NCBI GenBank assembly: GCA_965644295.1
Contig: CBFFRP010000065.1
Coordinates: 1-64,000 of the forward strand
From: Paraphysomonas bandaiensis
Taxonomy: Eukaryota > Protista > Chrysophyceae
Direction: 5' to 3'
DNA length: 64,000 nt
In this document: positions 36,725 to 50,602 of the stretch, one piece after another
How the letters are laid out: every line of letters starts with the position of its first letter
How positions within the stretch are numbered: the first letter of the stretch is position 1
The notes under the pieces: model-generated
Databases searched by the model: none
What the model saw: the letters and a program-made list of their open reading frames with translations, nothing else
What the model was told of the DNA's origin: nothing
Translations under genes and position numbers: made by a program

Positions 36725-37797
36725 ATGATATCTGAAATTCCTGGTGAGAAAATTACTATTCGTGGGAATAGGAATATTAAACTGCAGTATAGCCGACATA
36801 GCAATTCAGATACGACATTATTTTTTGTTCATGGTTCAATGGCATCATTTGTTCAATTTATAGATATTATTACAGCATTTCAGTCGGATTATAATATAGT
36901 GGCATATGATTATTATGGTTGTGGGGGTAGTGATAAACCAGTTGGATGGGAGGAGTATTCACCAGATGAACACTTGACTGATCTAGTGTGCATTGTTGAG
37001 AAGTATAAAACAGCGAAGAACTATTTTATAAGTCACAGGTATTATAGTTTCATATGCAGATATATACTGAAATGTATATGTAGTTTTGGCACATCGCAGT
37101 CAATACGGCTGTATTCAAGGCTGCGATCTATGCAGGCCTTGTGTATTGATGGAATAGTACTTATGGGAACCACCCTTGACATTCCAGGCGGTAAAGCAGG
37201 GCTCTTCATGTTGCCTGTATTCGTTCTCAACTGGATGCAACCATACCTCTCGGCTAAATTCATCGACATGGCATTTCACGAGAACACCCCTGCATCAGTA
37301 AAAGATCTCGCAAAGATGCAGTCGAATATGAATGAAATGCACGTCTGCCAGGCTTTCTATCGACAATTTAAGTGGTGCTCAATGAAAGAAGTAGAGGATA
37401 TACAATGCCCAGTATTGGTGTTACAGGGTGAAGGCGACCGTATAACACCTGTCGAGGGAGCCAGAGAGTTGTATCAGGTGCTCCAGGCTTGTAATCAATG
37501 CGAATGTTCAATGGAAGTGCTACCGAATTGCGGCCATCAGGTAGGATTCACGTATCTATGCTATATATATGCTCCACTACTAAAATTAATTTTCCTACAT
37601 TGCGTTAGACTGTATGCTAGTTGTATGGCATTATGCTATATTATCTTTTACTATACCATTCAAAATTACGATGTTTCCTACTTGATTATCAATTCATTTA
37701 GATGATGCAAGAGGATGCAGCTGCCGTCATATCTCGAATTTCATCGTTTCTTGAGACGACTGCGTGCAGTGTACACAGTCAGACTAGTTCACCGTAG
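36725..37797 (+). CDS. Alpha/beta hydrolase (ABHD8-like), 3 exons
   Basis: FFVHGS, YDYYGCGGS, nucleophile elbow SHS/FG split by an intron, VLQGEGDRITP, CGHQ/MMQE. Confidence 0.9.
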
Positions 37798-38304
37798 CAA
37801 GACTTTACATTCGACAACTATTGTGTAAAAGGGAGTGCATAAGCTCTAAATTTTTGTAGTAGTTATATGTTATTACTTACTTCTGATACATTTATTTTGG
37901 TGATGTATTCACAACAGTTCCCAGTTGCTTAATACTTGCATGCGTATGTGATCTATTTCAATGACTCAAACCATTTCAAACTGGAGATTAATTTCTAAAC
38001 ATTGGAGTTTCCATAAATGTCTACTATATAGTTTTATATGCGATTGAGTAAGCCATAGAGAGGAATGCTACTGCTAAGTACTTTGGTGTTGATATCGTTG
38101 GAAATGTGCTGATATAAACCAAGGGAATATAAACTAGAAACGCGCTACAGATACCACACGATTATAAAGATATAGTTTGTACATATAATCAGAGTATTTC
38201 ACAGTTTCAGAGTAAACAAAATAGTAATATTTGTAGTACAGGACATTGATCTTTATCAATGTACCAATTGAATTACTTTTTCCTGATTCTCTTTCCATGA
38301 GTAA

Positions 38305-38490
38305 ACCAGAACGGAAGTGTTCGCAGCTTGGTGCTTGCGGCGACGAACAAGCAGCTTCCGTTGCGTTACATAGTAGGATATGAGAAGTTGCACTATTTAG
38401 TTACAGGTAAAAGTTTATCTAGCTTGACTAGTTTTCATCTAGCTACATAGCTAGTGACGATTCTTGACGCCTATTGCTAAATAATCAGGT
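38305..38490 (+). repeat. Dispersed repeat family X, copy C (diverged)
   Basis: CTTGGTGCTTGCGGCGACGAACAAGCAGCTTCCGTTGCGTTACATAGTAGGATAT...GCCTATTGCTAAATAATCAGG. Confidence 0.75.
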
Positions 38491-39434
38491 TTTCATATCC
38501 ATAAGAAAACAAAAAAGGGCATTATAACTCTTCTTTCCATTGTCTCTACTATCAAGTATGTACTTTAATGCAATTCTCATATATATTATAGTTAACAACA
38601 GAAATTTGCAACACGTAATTCGTATAGACAATGTGAAGTGCCCGAAAAAACTCAATCACTCCATCCTTAGCAGAGTACACAACTTGTGCCATATGTTAGA
38701 TCACAACATGAAAGGATGAAATACGGGGGCCTTGTGTCCGTGGTTAAATACGGGTGACAGTTCCGTCAAAGCAGATTTAGTAGACACAGTTACGCTTGCT
38801 AGAGCTATGAAGCTAAGTCACAAAGGGATATGTTGAAAGCACATTTCCGTTGGAGTTCATGATAAATCGAAGTTCTAAGATTTCAACAGGTTGCATCTCA
38901 TTGTAGAAGCAACTTCCTCATATCTAGATATGAAATGACTTCTATACTAAACTGCACATTGCAATCTGAATCAGTCCACCAATCAAGTGTTTGGCTTTAT
39001 CCCTTATTTTGGCGACATGACGTAAACAGACATCCATATCCAATCAATACGGATCTATTGGGTAGCAAATGCGATTCGAAAAAAGGAAGATGAATTGATA
39101 ACTCATTCATATCCAATTGATATAAAACCATTGGATATCCTACGATTTCGAAATTCAGAAATTTGGCTCCTAACATATCCAATCATATTATTATTATTGG
39201 ATATAATCTCTTTTCGAACTACTAACTCAAGGGTTCCGTACAAAACCTCATCGAATCAAAAATAATTTATTGGCTATAAAGGATTGAGGTGGTGAAAAGA
39301 TGTGATGCCAGCAAGTATGTGTATGTGTATTGTTCGAATGATTCATATATACATACATACATACATACATATTCCCTCTGGCGATATATATCACTATATC
39401 TATCATCAAATCATATGTAATCGTATAACAAATC

Positions 39435-42300
39435 ATGGAAACATCAATTCAAACATCATCAAATATTATTCAAGCATCAACATCTGAACCAATTAAGTAT
39501 ATGGTGAGTGATTTCAGTGATATCATACCCAATCCATCTGTTCATATATACGTCCGATTACGTCCATTATTTGAATATCCTGCTACTGTATCTAAATCAC
39601 TGATTGGTTCTTTTTTAAACACAAATGAAGAAAATAAAAAAATTATTATTAAAGATACTAATATCACGAAAACACAACTAAGAGAGTGTATCTTTTCATT
39701 TGATCGTATATATCACACTGAAACTACACAAAAAGAATTATTTGAACAATTTGTTCAATCAAAAGTTGATAAAGTATTAGATGGATATAATGCATGTTGT
39801 TTTGCTTATGGTAAGTTGATTTTGACTGATATATATCTATATGCTCATGTCCAATGATGTATGTAGGGCAAACGGGTAGTGGGAAAACACACAGTATGTT
39901 TGGTCGAATGGACCCACCAAAATATCGCGGGATGGTACCTAGAGCTGCGGAGTATATATTTGACAGACTTTCCGCCTCAAAATCTGAAGTATCAGTTGGT
40001 TGCACGTTTCTTGAAATATACAATGAACACATTCGAGATCTGGCAAAACACTACGATCCTGCGGACAAAACAACGGGGGGCGAGAAAAAGACATCCGTAC
40101 TCATTCAGGAGTTCACAAAGAAGCGCCAAAGTTGGATGGGATGCAGTGACCTCAATGAATTCAGGCAAGAGTTCGATCACGATGTGTGGGAGGATGCCTC
40201 CGGGAGGGTGAATATTAAGGGTCTTCGTACAGTGACTGTGGCTTCAGTAATGGAGATACTCTCTCTGATGGAATATGGGCTCAGTATGCGTGCTTGTCAT
40301 GAGACAGAAATGAACGTTACGTCCTCCCGCTCCCATGTTGTGTTCAGTATACAAGTCGTGCAGCAACTGGAGAGAGATGGTGAGCTAGTGACAGTGTCTG
40401 GCATTCTCAATTTAGTTGATCTGGCGGGAAGTGAACGCCTTAAGGACTCGAAATCAGAAGGGTCAAGGAAGCGAGAAGCAGGGTACATTAACTCTAGTCT
40501 AGGCAATCTAGCCAAGGTTATTTCGGATCTTGACCCGACCTGCAATGCCACCCACATCCCTTATCGGGATTGCAAGCTGACTCGGATTCTTCAAAACAGT
40601 CTCTCTTCTAACTCGTACATTGCCGTTCTTGCCAATATTAACCCCCACCCCGATTGGTATGATGAAACTCTCTCTACTTTAGAGTTTGCCAACCGTCTAC
40701 ATAAAGTGCAATGTAGACCCCATGTGAACCGTGTGGCTAGTGTAGAAGAGATGGCGCACCGATGGAGTGGTGATGTTAGTAAACTTGTAATAGAATCAGA
40801 AGAATCTGATGAAGACGTTACACCCCGTAAACCAACTGCACTTCCCAAATCAAGGCTTGTTTATACGGTGAGTTGCATTTCCTTTGCTTTAAATCTTTGT
40901 TTTATTGTCACTGACCAGCACCCAAGAACATTGTTCTCATCGTTTTCGAGAAAACTGATCGTTGAGATATACGAGAATTTACAGTCTGATACACTAGAAG
41001 TTCTGGCCTACAGCCCTGACACCAGAGAGAAGTTTCCTCACCTTTTTCTTCGACGAATGAAGTCGATTAACCTTTTCGTGAGCAACTTACAGGATATGTG
41101 CGAGCACTACAAGAATAACTCCAGACTCGCAGCTACTGCTATTCGCGCAAGGGATAGCGCATTGGGTATGCAGATTGTTCACCGTCTGGTAATACGATGT
41201 TGATATCCAAATATATTTTAGAAATCTTAACTTACTGTTTTATAATTAGAAATTTAGCAAGATTACTGAAACACCTGAGTTAATTGTCGAAGGTGAGGTT
41301 CCCCTGTATTATTTGACGATTGATAAACTCCCGGTAGATGATAGTGAACGCGATGTAGACGGATGTTCAGTGCTTGTTGTATCTAGACCCGACGTGTCAG
41401 CTGATGATAGCGCAAAGTATGTGGTATTGTATGTGAAGTTTTTCTATTGAAGTGCAATAACGTCATATAATTTGTAGTATTGGGGATGACGGCGATCCAG
41501 AATGCCTATCAAACCATCTGACAGAAAGTTCCGAGTCTGAACTTACGAAACATAGCGCTGCACTGTGCAGAGGAAAACCAACTTCTACGAATGTAACTCC
41601 TGTTCTACCCCCCTTAGTTGTTGGTGGTAAAACAACGTCTGCATCAACTAATGAAAACGATTGTAACTCGAGGTCAGATTGCAGTTCTAGTAGTTCGTCA
41701 TTAAATCTACTTTCGCCTACTCGTGAGAAGAATACATTAATTCCGGAAGCCTCTATGCTAGATAGGGTGGAGGAAAAGTCTTTGGATGGGACGCTTCTAA
41801 AATATATGGCAGATAAAGAGTTTCATATACTGTGTAAAGAGACTTCACCACCTGTTGATCCTCCCCAAAATAGTCCCGTGGACCAACATGGTGATCAGGG
41901 TGAGAGTGCTATGCAGTCTAGTGTGCGGTCTTGTCAGAAGAAAGTATTCGCCCGTCGGAAGTCGTATTCAGACCGGCACGAATTGGAGAAGCATTTAAGG
42001 TCTATTGAAGGGTCGACTGAACTATGCAATATGAACCTGTCTGTATATGTTTCGGGAGACGATTTACCGGATATCACTCAAGCTCAACCACGTGATGGTT
42101 CCTCTAATGGTCATCCCCAGGCTAAAGAATTCAGGGACATTCCGAGGCCCAAGTTTAAAACTCCCAATAGGCGAAGAAAATCGTATTCAGATACACCGAA
42201 TTCGATTCCAGAGACTAAAATATCGTTTCCGAAACTTGTCGGAGAACCATCTGCATCTCGACGAGGAGGGTACACTGGTCGGAGACTATTCTTTAATTAA
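39435..42300 (+). CDS. Kinesin with N-terminal motor domain and long tail, multi-exon
   Basis: YVRLRP, FSFDRIY, AYG/QTGSGKT across an intron, LEIYNE, NVTSSRSH, LVDLAGSE, HIPYRDCKLTRILQ; tail exons not fully traced. Confidence 0.93.
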
Positions 42301-42852
42301 ACCTAACTATTGTAAAAGTTAGATTTTAATGATATGTGTCAGCATATTGATTCCACGAAATATAGCTAGTTGTACATCACTCTAGGTAAATGTAATTATG
42401 TATGTATTGTATAATGAATTGTTAATAGTTTTTATCTATATATTATATTGATGAAAGTATATTATATTACCCTGTATATGGTTTATATGATGTATGAATA
42501 ATTTTACCTTTTACGAAAAGTAGTTCATAAAAATTTCAGTCTAATTCGTTTTGAGCAAGCTTGATTGTTTTCGAACTGTAGAGGTAGTAGAAGCAGGGCC
42601 AATTGATAACACTGATTTTAAGGAATAAACACATAGCTTTTTTACTAAAGTAATGCCACGCTAGTCTATAGCGTAGTTGCTCTGAACATTTCTGAATGTG
42701 TTAGTGCAGTATGAGTTGCTGTATAAGAGGTATTCCTATCTCACGCTGAGACTTAGAACCCTACAGACTGAACCTCAAGCTCCTGAAGACCTTCAGATAT
42801 CGTTATAATTATTAGAACGGAAATGTTGTGATGCCTGTACTTTGAAACTAGC

Positions 42853-43045
42853 GCCCTCAACAAAGTCGGACTCGCACCTTTTCGTAGTGATAAGCACCTT
42901 GCTGCTTGCGGTGACACACAAGCAGTTTTCGTAGCGCTAAATAGTATGCTATCAGAGTTTAGCACTAGTTAGTGAGATTGTTTTGCTAGATTAGTTCTGA
43001 CGCTTACACGCCTATTATTGCTAATAATAAAATCAGGCATTCACT
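42853..43045 (+). repeat. Dispersed repeat family X, copy D
   Basis: Upstream block fused directly to the core (about 290 bp deleted relative to copy B). Confidence 0.8.
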
Positions 43046-43851
43046 ACTGAAGCTAGCTTTTAATATTGCAGCTACAATGTATAAAAGTTAGATTAGATTT
43101 ATCTTATTTTACGAAAATTAGCTGAAGCCTATAAATATGACAGATGTTATATATTTTCTCAACTGTTGTTTTATACTGCATAGTATGATATACCTTATTA
43201 CGCTATTGAAGAGTTAACTGTGAGCCCTTATTTCAATATGTATTTCTTGGTGCCTAGGTGTAATAACTCGTGCAAGTCTTTCAGCCTTTCAATCATAGCG
43301 GTAAATAAATGCTCATGGTTTAAGCTGCGATACAGTATTGTATATTATCTAAGCGAGAGATACATCGATGTTTATATCCAGCTGCTATGTCAGGTTGCGC
43401 TTGTCGCCGTTATCGTTGATTATAAAGCGCCGAAGCTGTATTTTTCGGTACGGGTATATAAATATTTTCATGTAACTAAGCAATAGGGATAGTATTACAA
43501 TACTTTATTACATAACATGAAAATTAGGCACACAACATATTGTGAGAAGTTAGCTACTAGGGTATACTTATACCCTGCTTGAGTTCTTATCAGATAATTG
43601 TAAAATATAACATACCATAACGTTTAAATATTAATAAATTCAATAGTTACTGTTCTATTTCTGTTTTGTAATAATAGAGCAATAATATAAAAGTTATACT
43701 ATTTTAGAACCTCTGAGTTGTTTACTGTAGCATTCAAAGCAAGTTTCAAGTTAATGTTACGGTAGTACAACAAGTGCAATGAAACAAACAACGAACACTA
43801 TTCATCTATTCATACAGTGCAATTTCTACTACATTCCTCATATATATAATC

Positions 43852-43993
43852 AGCGTAACTTAGTGATTTCGGTGACGCACAATCAGCTTTCGCAGCGTTA
43901 AATAGTAGGATATCAGAGTTAAGCACTAGTCAGTTAAATTTCAATGCTAAGTTAGTTCTAACTCTTAAGCGCCTTTAGCTAATAATTAGACAT
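43852..43993 (+). repeat. Dispersed repeat family X, copy E
   Basis: CGGTGACGCACAATCAGCTTTCGCAGCGTTAAATAGTAGGATATCAGAGTTAAGCACTAG...GCTAATAATTAGACAT. Confidence 0.8.
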
Positions 43994-44228
43994 CAACTAA
44001 CTACTACTATCAGGAAAACGAAGACACTGTTCACATGCCCAATTATTGAAAATGCAGTCTTCTGATATTATAACTATTGCTCAACTTCTCTTTTGTAGAG
44101 CAGCTAACTAATAAGTCAAAGCCAAACGCAAGCCTGTGAACACAATCGATCTCATTACAACATGTATATCATGCCACTGAAATACTCCAAGAACTAACTA
44201 TTTCACTATAACCGACCCCACATCCATA

Positions 44229-46143
44229 CTACACTTCCTTCTCAACAGCCGGAGATGTCCAGTCCTCATCATCTGATTTCCTTTTGCGTTTCCTCCGGGA
44301 CACGTCGCCTATCTTTGAGCCACTGTATCGCTTTGTTCGCTTCCGTGCGGCCAGAATTTCTTTTAAACGGCTTTTCCCATATATCTGAGCTGACATCTGA
44401 ATTTCATGGAAAACAGAGCTACTAGTGCACTGATAGTATTCCTCGAGGCTGGAGAAGGCAGACATATCCTGCAACGGGGCGTTAATAAAAGTCTCCGACC
44501 CATAGAGGTCTCCGACCCCAGACTCAGCGTTTTGCGACCCCGACTTTCTTTTGAAGCGGGTGTACATTCTGGACTGCACGAGGTATTTATACACACGGGT
44601 GTCTGATGGACCAAATCCGCGAAATCGCTGAGGATTAAGTGCTGAGATCGCACACATAGCGGCATGATATCTACAACCATTGCAAAATATGAACAACAAT
44701 ATTTAACCTATCAGGCTGTAAAATATATCTACATATGTTGGGAAAATAATACCGATGATATGTGTGCTATTCTATGATATATACCTTGTGTATCCATCAT
44801 CAGCACCATCTCTCGCAGGCCAAGCACCACTTTCCACCTCTTGGGAATCTCTCAGATACTCCATGCCTTTTTTAAGAGAGTCATGGGTATCCTCATTGAA
44901 TCCGACAACTTTGAGGCAGTGACATATCTCTCCTACTAAGTGAACATCTCCAAATGCTATTGCACGCTTCATTTGTATTGGGGACTCAAGAAGGCTGACC
45001 TCCTGTGGAAGCAGACCAGGGCTAAGACGAAGCTCACCTGTATATACATAAGTTATTCTATTGTATGTCCATGATGTTTATACATTTCCCAACCATTATT
45101 CGACAGCACGTGTATGAGATTGAAGACCATGGTGAGTTGCTCAGACCAATCTGAGAAGGAATCACTATCTTTGCTGAACTCTACAGTATATTTCTTATAA
45201 GGTCGATACAACGGTAGAAGCTGCAGAACTCCTGCCAAGTCGACGTGGACATCGATGCCAACTTTACTAGCGTAGAAGGCATTATTCAACGCTTGAATAT
45301 ACTCGGAGTGGCCTAGAGGAGGATCGAGTGTATCTGATGTGGGGTTAAAAGAACTTGCAGGAACTAAAAAAAAGTCCTCGGCCTTGAATTTCGCAGCAGC
45401 AGCACGGACCTGAAGGGCTCCGTTAAGCACAACGACAATACTAACACTCTACAGCACCTCTTCCTTGGAATCGTGACCGATCCCCACTCTTTCCAGTGTA
45501 TATATACCCATTATAAAATCCAACACCTCATCTGAAGACGGTCCAGTTCTTTCGTTTTCTTTTTTCTTCTTTTGCGTTTTCTTTTCCGTAGTCTCCTGTT
45601 GCTCTTCCTCTTCAGCGTCTGCTTCCTCTGTATTGAGGGCAGGTAACAATGTAGGGTAGTGTTTCAACCACATTTGCGCTGCAACTTCTGTACGAAGGAG
45701 TGCAAATTTTCGTAATGGTTCCTGTCATTATCGATTTAGTGATACATTAGATCTATTATATGTTGCATAACTACAGTGTAGTGCCACACTAACTAACCAC
45801 TCACCTCAGCAGTAGTTGATACATCATAAAATGTTTGAAATATATCACTTCCAAATGTTTTAAAGTTTTCTTCATCTACAGCTAAATGCATAATAAAATT
45901 TAAACCTCTTTCAACTGCTTCAATATCTGATTCTGGTTTCTTTTCATATGATTCAGGTGCGGATAATTCATGTAATAATCTTTCTACACGATCTTCAATT
46001 GATTTTGCAGTATTTGTTTCATTAATTTCATTATTACATAAGAAATCAAATTGTTTTTTACCAGCCCACCATCTTTCCTTCCCACCAACTACACCATCAT
46101 GACTAAGAAACCCTCGTAAGAGTCTAACAAAATTAGTTTCCAT
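44229..46143 (-). CDS. Uncharacterised protein with a terpene-cyclase/prenyltransferase-like QW repeat motif and a C-terminal NLS, 5 exons
   Basis: Five ORF segments join through GT-AG introns; GMEYLRDSQEVESGAW; YTRYHAAMCAISAL; RRKRKRK. Confidence 0.7.
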
Positions 46144-47376
46144 TGAATTTAATTGTGTTTAATAATAGTAATGATGGTTAAATGAATGATATGATGGAAG
46201 AGTGTGTAGATGAGTATGTATGAGGAGTTGGGTTACGGGATTATGTATATGTGATATGATGGTGTTAGATGTATGTATATATATATATGTACACTGCTGT
46301 ACTGGTCGTCCATGTATATGTGTACTGATATATACTGCTGTGTATGTGTACAGATGTGAATCCAGGTATAGTATAAAGGTACAGTGTATGGTACATATGT
46401 ACTGCTGTTCATCGTGTGCAAGTACACAGCAGTGGATATATATGGAGACAGTATACAGCAGTACACACACATATAACCTACCTGCATGTGACTGTTTATA
46501 CCACTATCTTTTCCTGATCATTGGAATCACTTCCATTCGCAACCAGTGCATAAAATCTGCTTGTTATTGCATGTGTTATATGCATCAGTAAAGTATCCAA
46601 TGTGTGAGTGTAAAGTATATCTACGACATGGTAATGTCAGCACCTATCTGTAGGTAAAACAGAGGCATATCAGCTATCCTCATTTCCCGTAGAATAAGAC
46701 GTAAAATAGCAAACAGCGAAGCTAAAACAGCACTAAATGTAAATGTTTATTATTACTCTATTAAAGTTAATACCATACTGCCAGTCGTTGTACTGTAGTC
46801 ATTGTATTTCACTAAACTTATCATCAGAATCCAATCTTCAATGGACTAATATCTCATTGACTAGATGAATAAACGACAATGTGAGCACTAATAGTAAGAT
46901 TCAAGATATATTGTCGCTATGCAATCCAAATATATCAGTTCTACTTTATCTTTCTCGTTGAAAATTTTCAGGGTCACAATCAGTGCTTTAACACGGCGAA
47001 TATTAAATACAAACTTACTCGAACATCATGCCCTAAAATTTCCGGCTGCTTCTGCAGTGGGACCATTCCACAAGGTTTATTACGACTGAATGAGAACGGT
47101 AATATTGCTTTAAGTGCAGAAATTATCGGTCAAAGGTCAAAGATATTATCCTTCTTAGTTATGACTGAGAGGAGGTTTCTGTGTGAACTATATATTTTGT
47201 AAGTTATAAAAGATATCCTCCTTCTACAAAACTATTACAATATACATATATATTTATACAATCAAGCATGTGGTGCCATATTGCTTCGAAACATAAAATT
47301 CAGCTAGATAGCTACACAACATGTTCCTGTTGTTTTCTAAAATCTGGAAAATTTGCTCACCACTTCAAAGATCTGA

Positions 47377-48796
47377 TTAGCGTGAGCGCAGGGTGTGCAC
47401 TGGCCACCTTTTCCATTTGTCAGAACATTCTCCATTGACTACCACCAAGCTATCTGTGAGGTTTACAACGGGACAGGAATGATTTGGCACAACGCGAACT
47501 AATTGCCCGACCTCAACGGGAGCAGGAGAAAAGGCAGAAATATCAACCCATCCATGCTCCTCAGACAGTCGCTTCACTTCAAGTAGGGGAACACAGTCCA
47601 CAAGTCCCCGATATCGGTCAATATCAGTTGTTAGAGGTGTGTAACCAGTTTTCGAAGTAATAGGAAACACCACCCCGTAGTTACCAGACCCGGAGGAACC
47701 GTGAGCCCCCATATCACTGGAAAGAGTCTTAGAGCCAGAGTCTACAACAGTATCTCACTCATAATTAAGTGTACGATTGAATTGGAAAGAACATACTAAT
47801 CCAGCACAAAAGTCATGAAAATGATTATCACATGAAAGGCATACCTATTATAGCATACTGATCATTGACACTGATAACAGTAGCAAGAACCGTCAAGGCT
47901 ATATCGGCATAAGAAATCAAGTCCAGACGCAGAGGCGTAGTATCGTAAAAAACATAATTTCCAGGTCTTATTTCATTTAGGTCCTTGAAATCCGACCTGG
48001 CAAGCTCCGTCAGTGTGGACCCTACAGATACCAGAGAACACTGGACTCCATTCGAGGATAGCATCTCAGTACATGACCGCATCAACACAGACTCGTTATT
48101 AGCAATATCAACGCAGTCAGACCACCCCAAAGCACTGTATGCTTGGCCGGCATCTATATGAAAAAATTACAATGGAAGAAGACTCGTGATTAAAACACAG
48201 CGTACATATTCATACGGAAACGGCACACTGGACTTACGGGAGCAAATGCCTTGGAGAGATAAATCGGGTAGCGATGTGATATACTTTGCTAACTCTAGCA
48301 AATCATCACCCGGTTGTACGCCACATCGATGTAGACCGACGTCAACTTTGATAACAACCTTGATAGTCTCTCGAATATTATTGGTACGAGAGGCCTCAAC
48401 AAGTGCATCCGCTACAGCCATACTATCGACCATAATACAAAACTTCTCCATACTAGAATACTTTCTTATCGTATCAAATAACTTTTTCAGTTGCCGTTGA
48501 CATACCACAGGATAAGCTATGAAACAATCCATACCCTCTTTTATAAATACACAAGCTTCATCTACTTTTGAACACGTCACCCCTATTGCTCCAGCATTAA
48601 TTTGTTTTTTAGCAATTTCTATACATTTATGTGTTTTAACATGTGGTCTTAGTTTAAGTTGATGACGATTCGCTATAGACTGCATGGATGTTATATTCTT
48701 CGACAAGATACGCTCATCTATAACAACAGATGGGGTTTGAATTCCTTCCCAGAAAGAAGAACATGAATGATTAAGTAAACGAATAGTTCTTCTCAT
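47377..48796 (-). CDS. DSD1-family fold-type III PLP enzyme (D-serine dehydratase / D-threonine aldolase-like), 3 exons
   Basis: TPSVVID, LRPHVKTHK (PLP lysine), KVDVGLHRCGV, SHAGQAY, SVGST, EIRPGNYVFYD, SEEHG, VPNHSCPVVNL. Confidence 0.93.
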
Positions 48797-49518
48797 AGTT
48801 ATATGTTGATTGATGTCAATAGATTATAGAAGTAAGTTACTATATATTCATAACCATATAAGAATATAGAGCGACAGAGACGATCATAACCAGAGATGGA
48901 CTTGTGTATATGTTCCTGTTGAACAGCATTTTTATTATGAGAAAAGTCTCAAAATTGGGTGCTAGATATTGAAAATCCATGATTTGTTCTCTGCTGCAAT
49001 ATTCTAGAAGAATACTTTTTCTGAAATTTAATAGTAAAAATCGCATTGTCAATATTCAAAACCTAAAATTCTCCCCAAAATGCCAATTATCTGCAGTACT
49101 CTGTATACACGTTTCCTATATTTCTATACTTTTTCTTTCTATATGTTGGAATTTCTTACTTCAATTATCAAATAGACGGGTTTTTAATATGATGTATACC
49201 CTAAATATACAGTACTCTGTGTATACGAAAATTTGGGTTTATTCTGGATATGCTGTGGGTTGAAGGGGTCAAAGCAACCCTTAAGACGATTTTCGTTCTT
49301 TTCTCTGCACTGACACATACATACTTTACATCTACATCATCTACATACATACATATGTATATGGATACGCAGATCTATGGATGGATCTAGAAACAACAGC
49401 AATGAATACAACAGAATGCCTATGGGTTCATATGGAACCCTATCAGTACTGGATCTCTCCATAACAATCCCTCATAGATCCGTAGCATCGCCTATATGAA
49501 TATGCGTATATCCTTCTA

Positions 49519-50602
49519 ATGGAATTATTTGTATTTAATCTCTTATCTCACAGTACTGTCATCAGTATAGTGGCAATTGCACTACTATCCCTCATATGGC
49601 AGTTTCATAATGAATCAGATGATTCCACATACAGTCACAATGAGAATACAGAGACAAATGAATCAGTTTTACTTCTTATTAATCCAAATGACAGAGAAAA
49701 GTTATGTAAATGAGTATAGTGTGTAACAACAACTGAAGATTTTTTTAATATATTTAATGAGTTTGAGTTTCTTAGGAAACTGAATATGCCTGTTAGTAAT
49801 GTTAGTGAGGAACCACCTGAAGCGGTAGAACAGGCGTTTAGGGACTTGGTGCGTGACAAGATTAGTATTAATAACATTCCGATTGTTATGGGAGCCAACT
49901 CAACAGTCCCAAAGAAGTTTAAGTCATATTTTCATGGTATTGTTAAGAAAGTCATTTCTGACCATGCTGTGGACAAGAAGAAACGGGACGTACTGGCGAC
50001 CCGTATATGCTGTTATCTCTCCCGTACCCGCTCCGGTGGAGACAGCCTCTTTGCTGTGAGGGATATTTTCGACTCGCCGCAGGTATGTAGTATTGTTACA
50101 TATACAGTGGATCGTGTAACATATGGTGCCATTGTCGTTTCAGCTGATAATAGCGGCCTCGCATACTGATACCCATCCTCCTACAGAATTGCAAGTAACA
50201 GATGATGGCTGGGCGACTATCACGTCAACTAGCAATTTCGATGTGTATCTGTCTGACTCTCTGCATGCTCCTGACGCCTGCGGAAGTGCCACAGATATTA
50301 TTCCTGCCCCCATTGTGACACTCTCCGTTCGACTGGACGAGGCACTCTCCCTAACTGAAAAGCAGCTTACGGATCGGAAGCCTCCATTCTCGCCCCCCTC
50401 TTCTCCTTGTAATTCCATCTCCACGGCGCCCACCTTGCCATCCCCATTAATCTCGGCTTTCTCGATATCGTCATCACTGTATGGGTCTTTGATACGAGAG
50501 AAAGCTAGTGCCATGCCAATGCTGCTCTATCGGCGCATGTCGATTGTATGCTTCGACCCTAAGGACCCCACTAGATACGTGGGCGGGATAGATGCCTTCT
50601 AG
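49519..50602 (+). CDS. Hypothetical protein with an N-terminal membrane anchor, 3 exons
   Basis: Three consecutive + ORFs separated by plausible GT-AG introns. Confidence 0.6.

Noticed and set aside
39000-39025. CTTATTTTGGCGAC resembling the Copia LTR/PBS junction
   Set aside because: Only a 10-nt match, with no further LTR similarity or gag downstream
43880-43925. Hammerhead ribozyme in repeat X (minus strand CTGAT...CGAAA)
   Set aside because: Core reads CTGATAT rather than CTGANGA, and stem II does not pair
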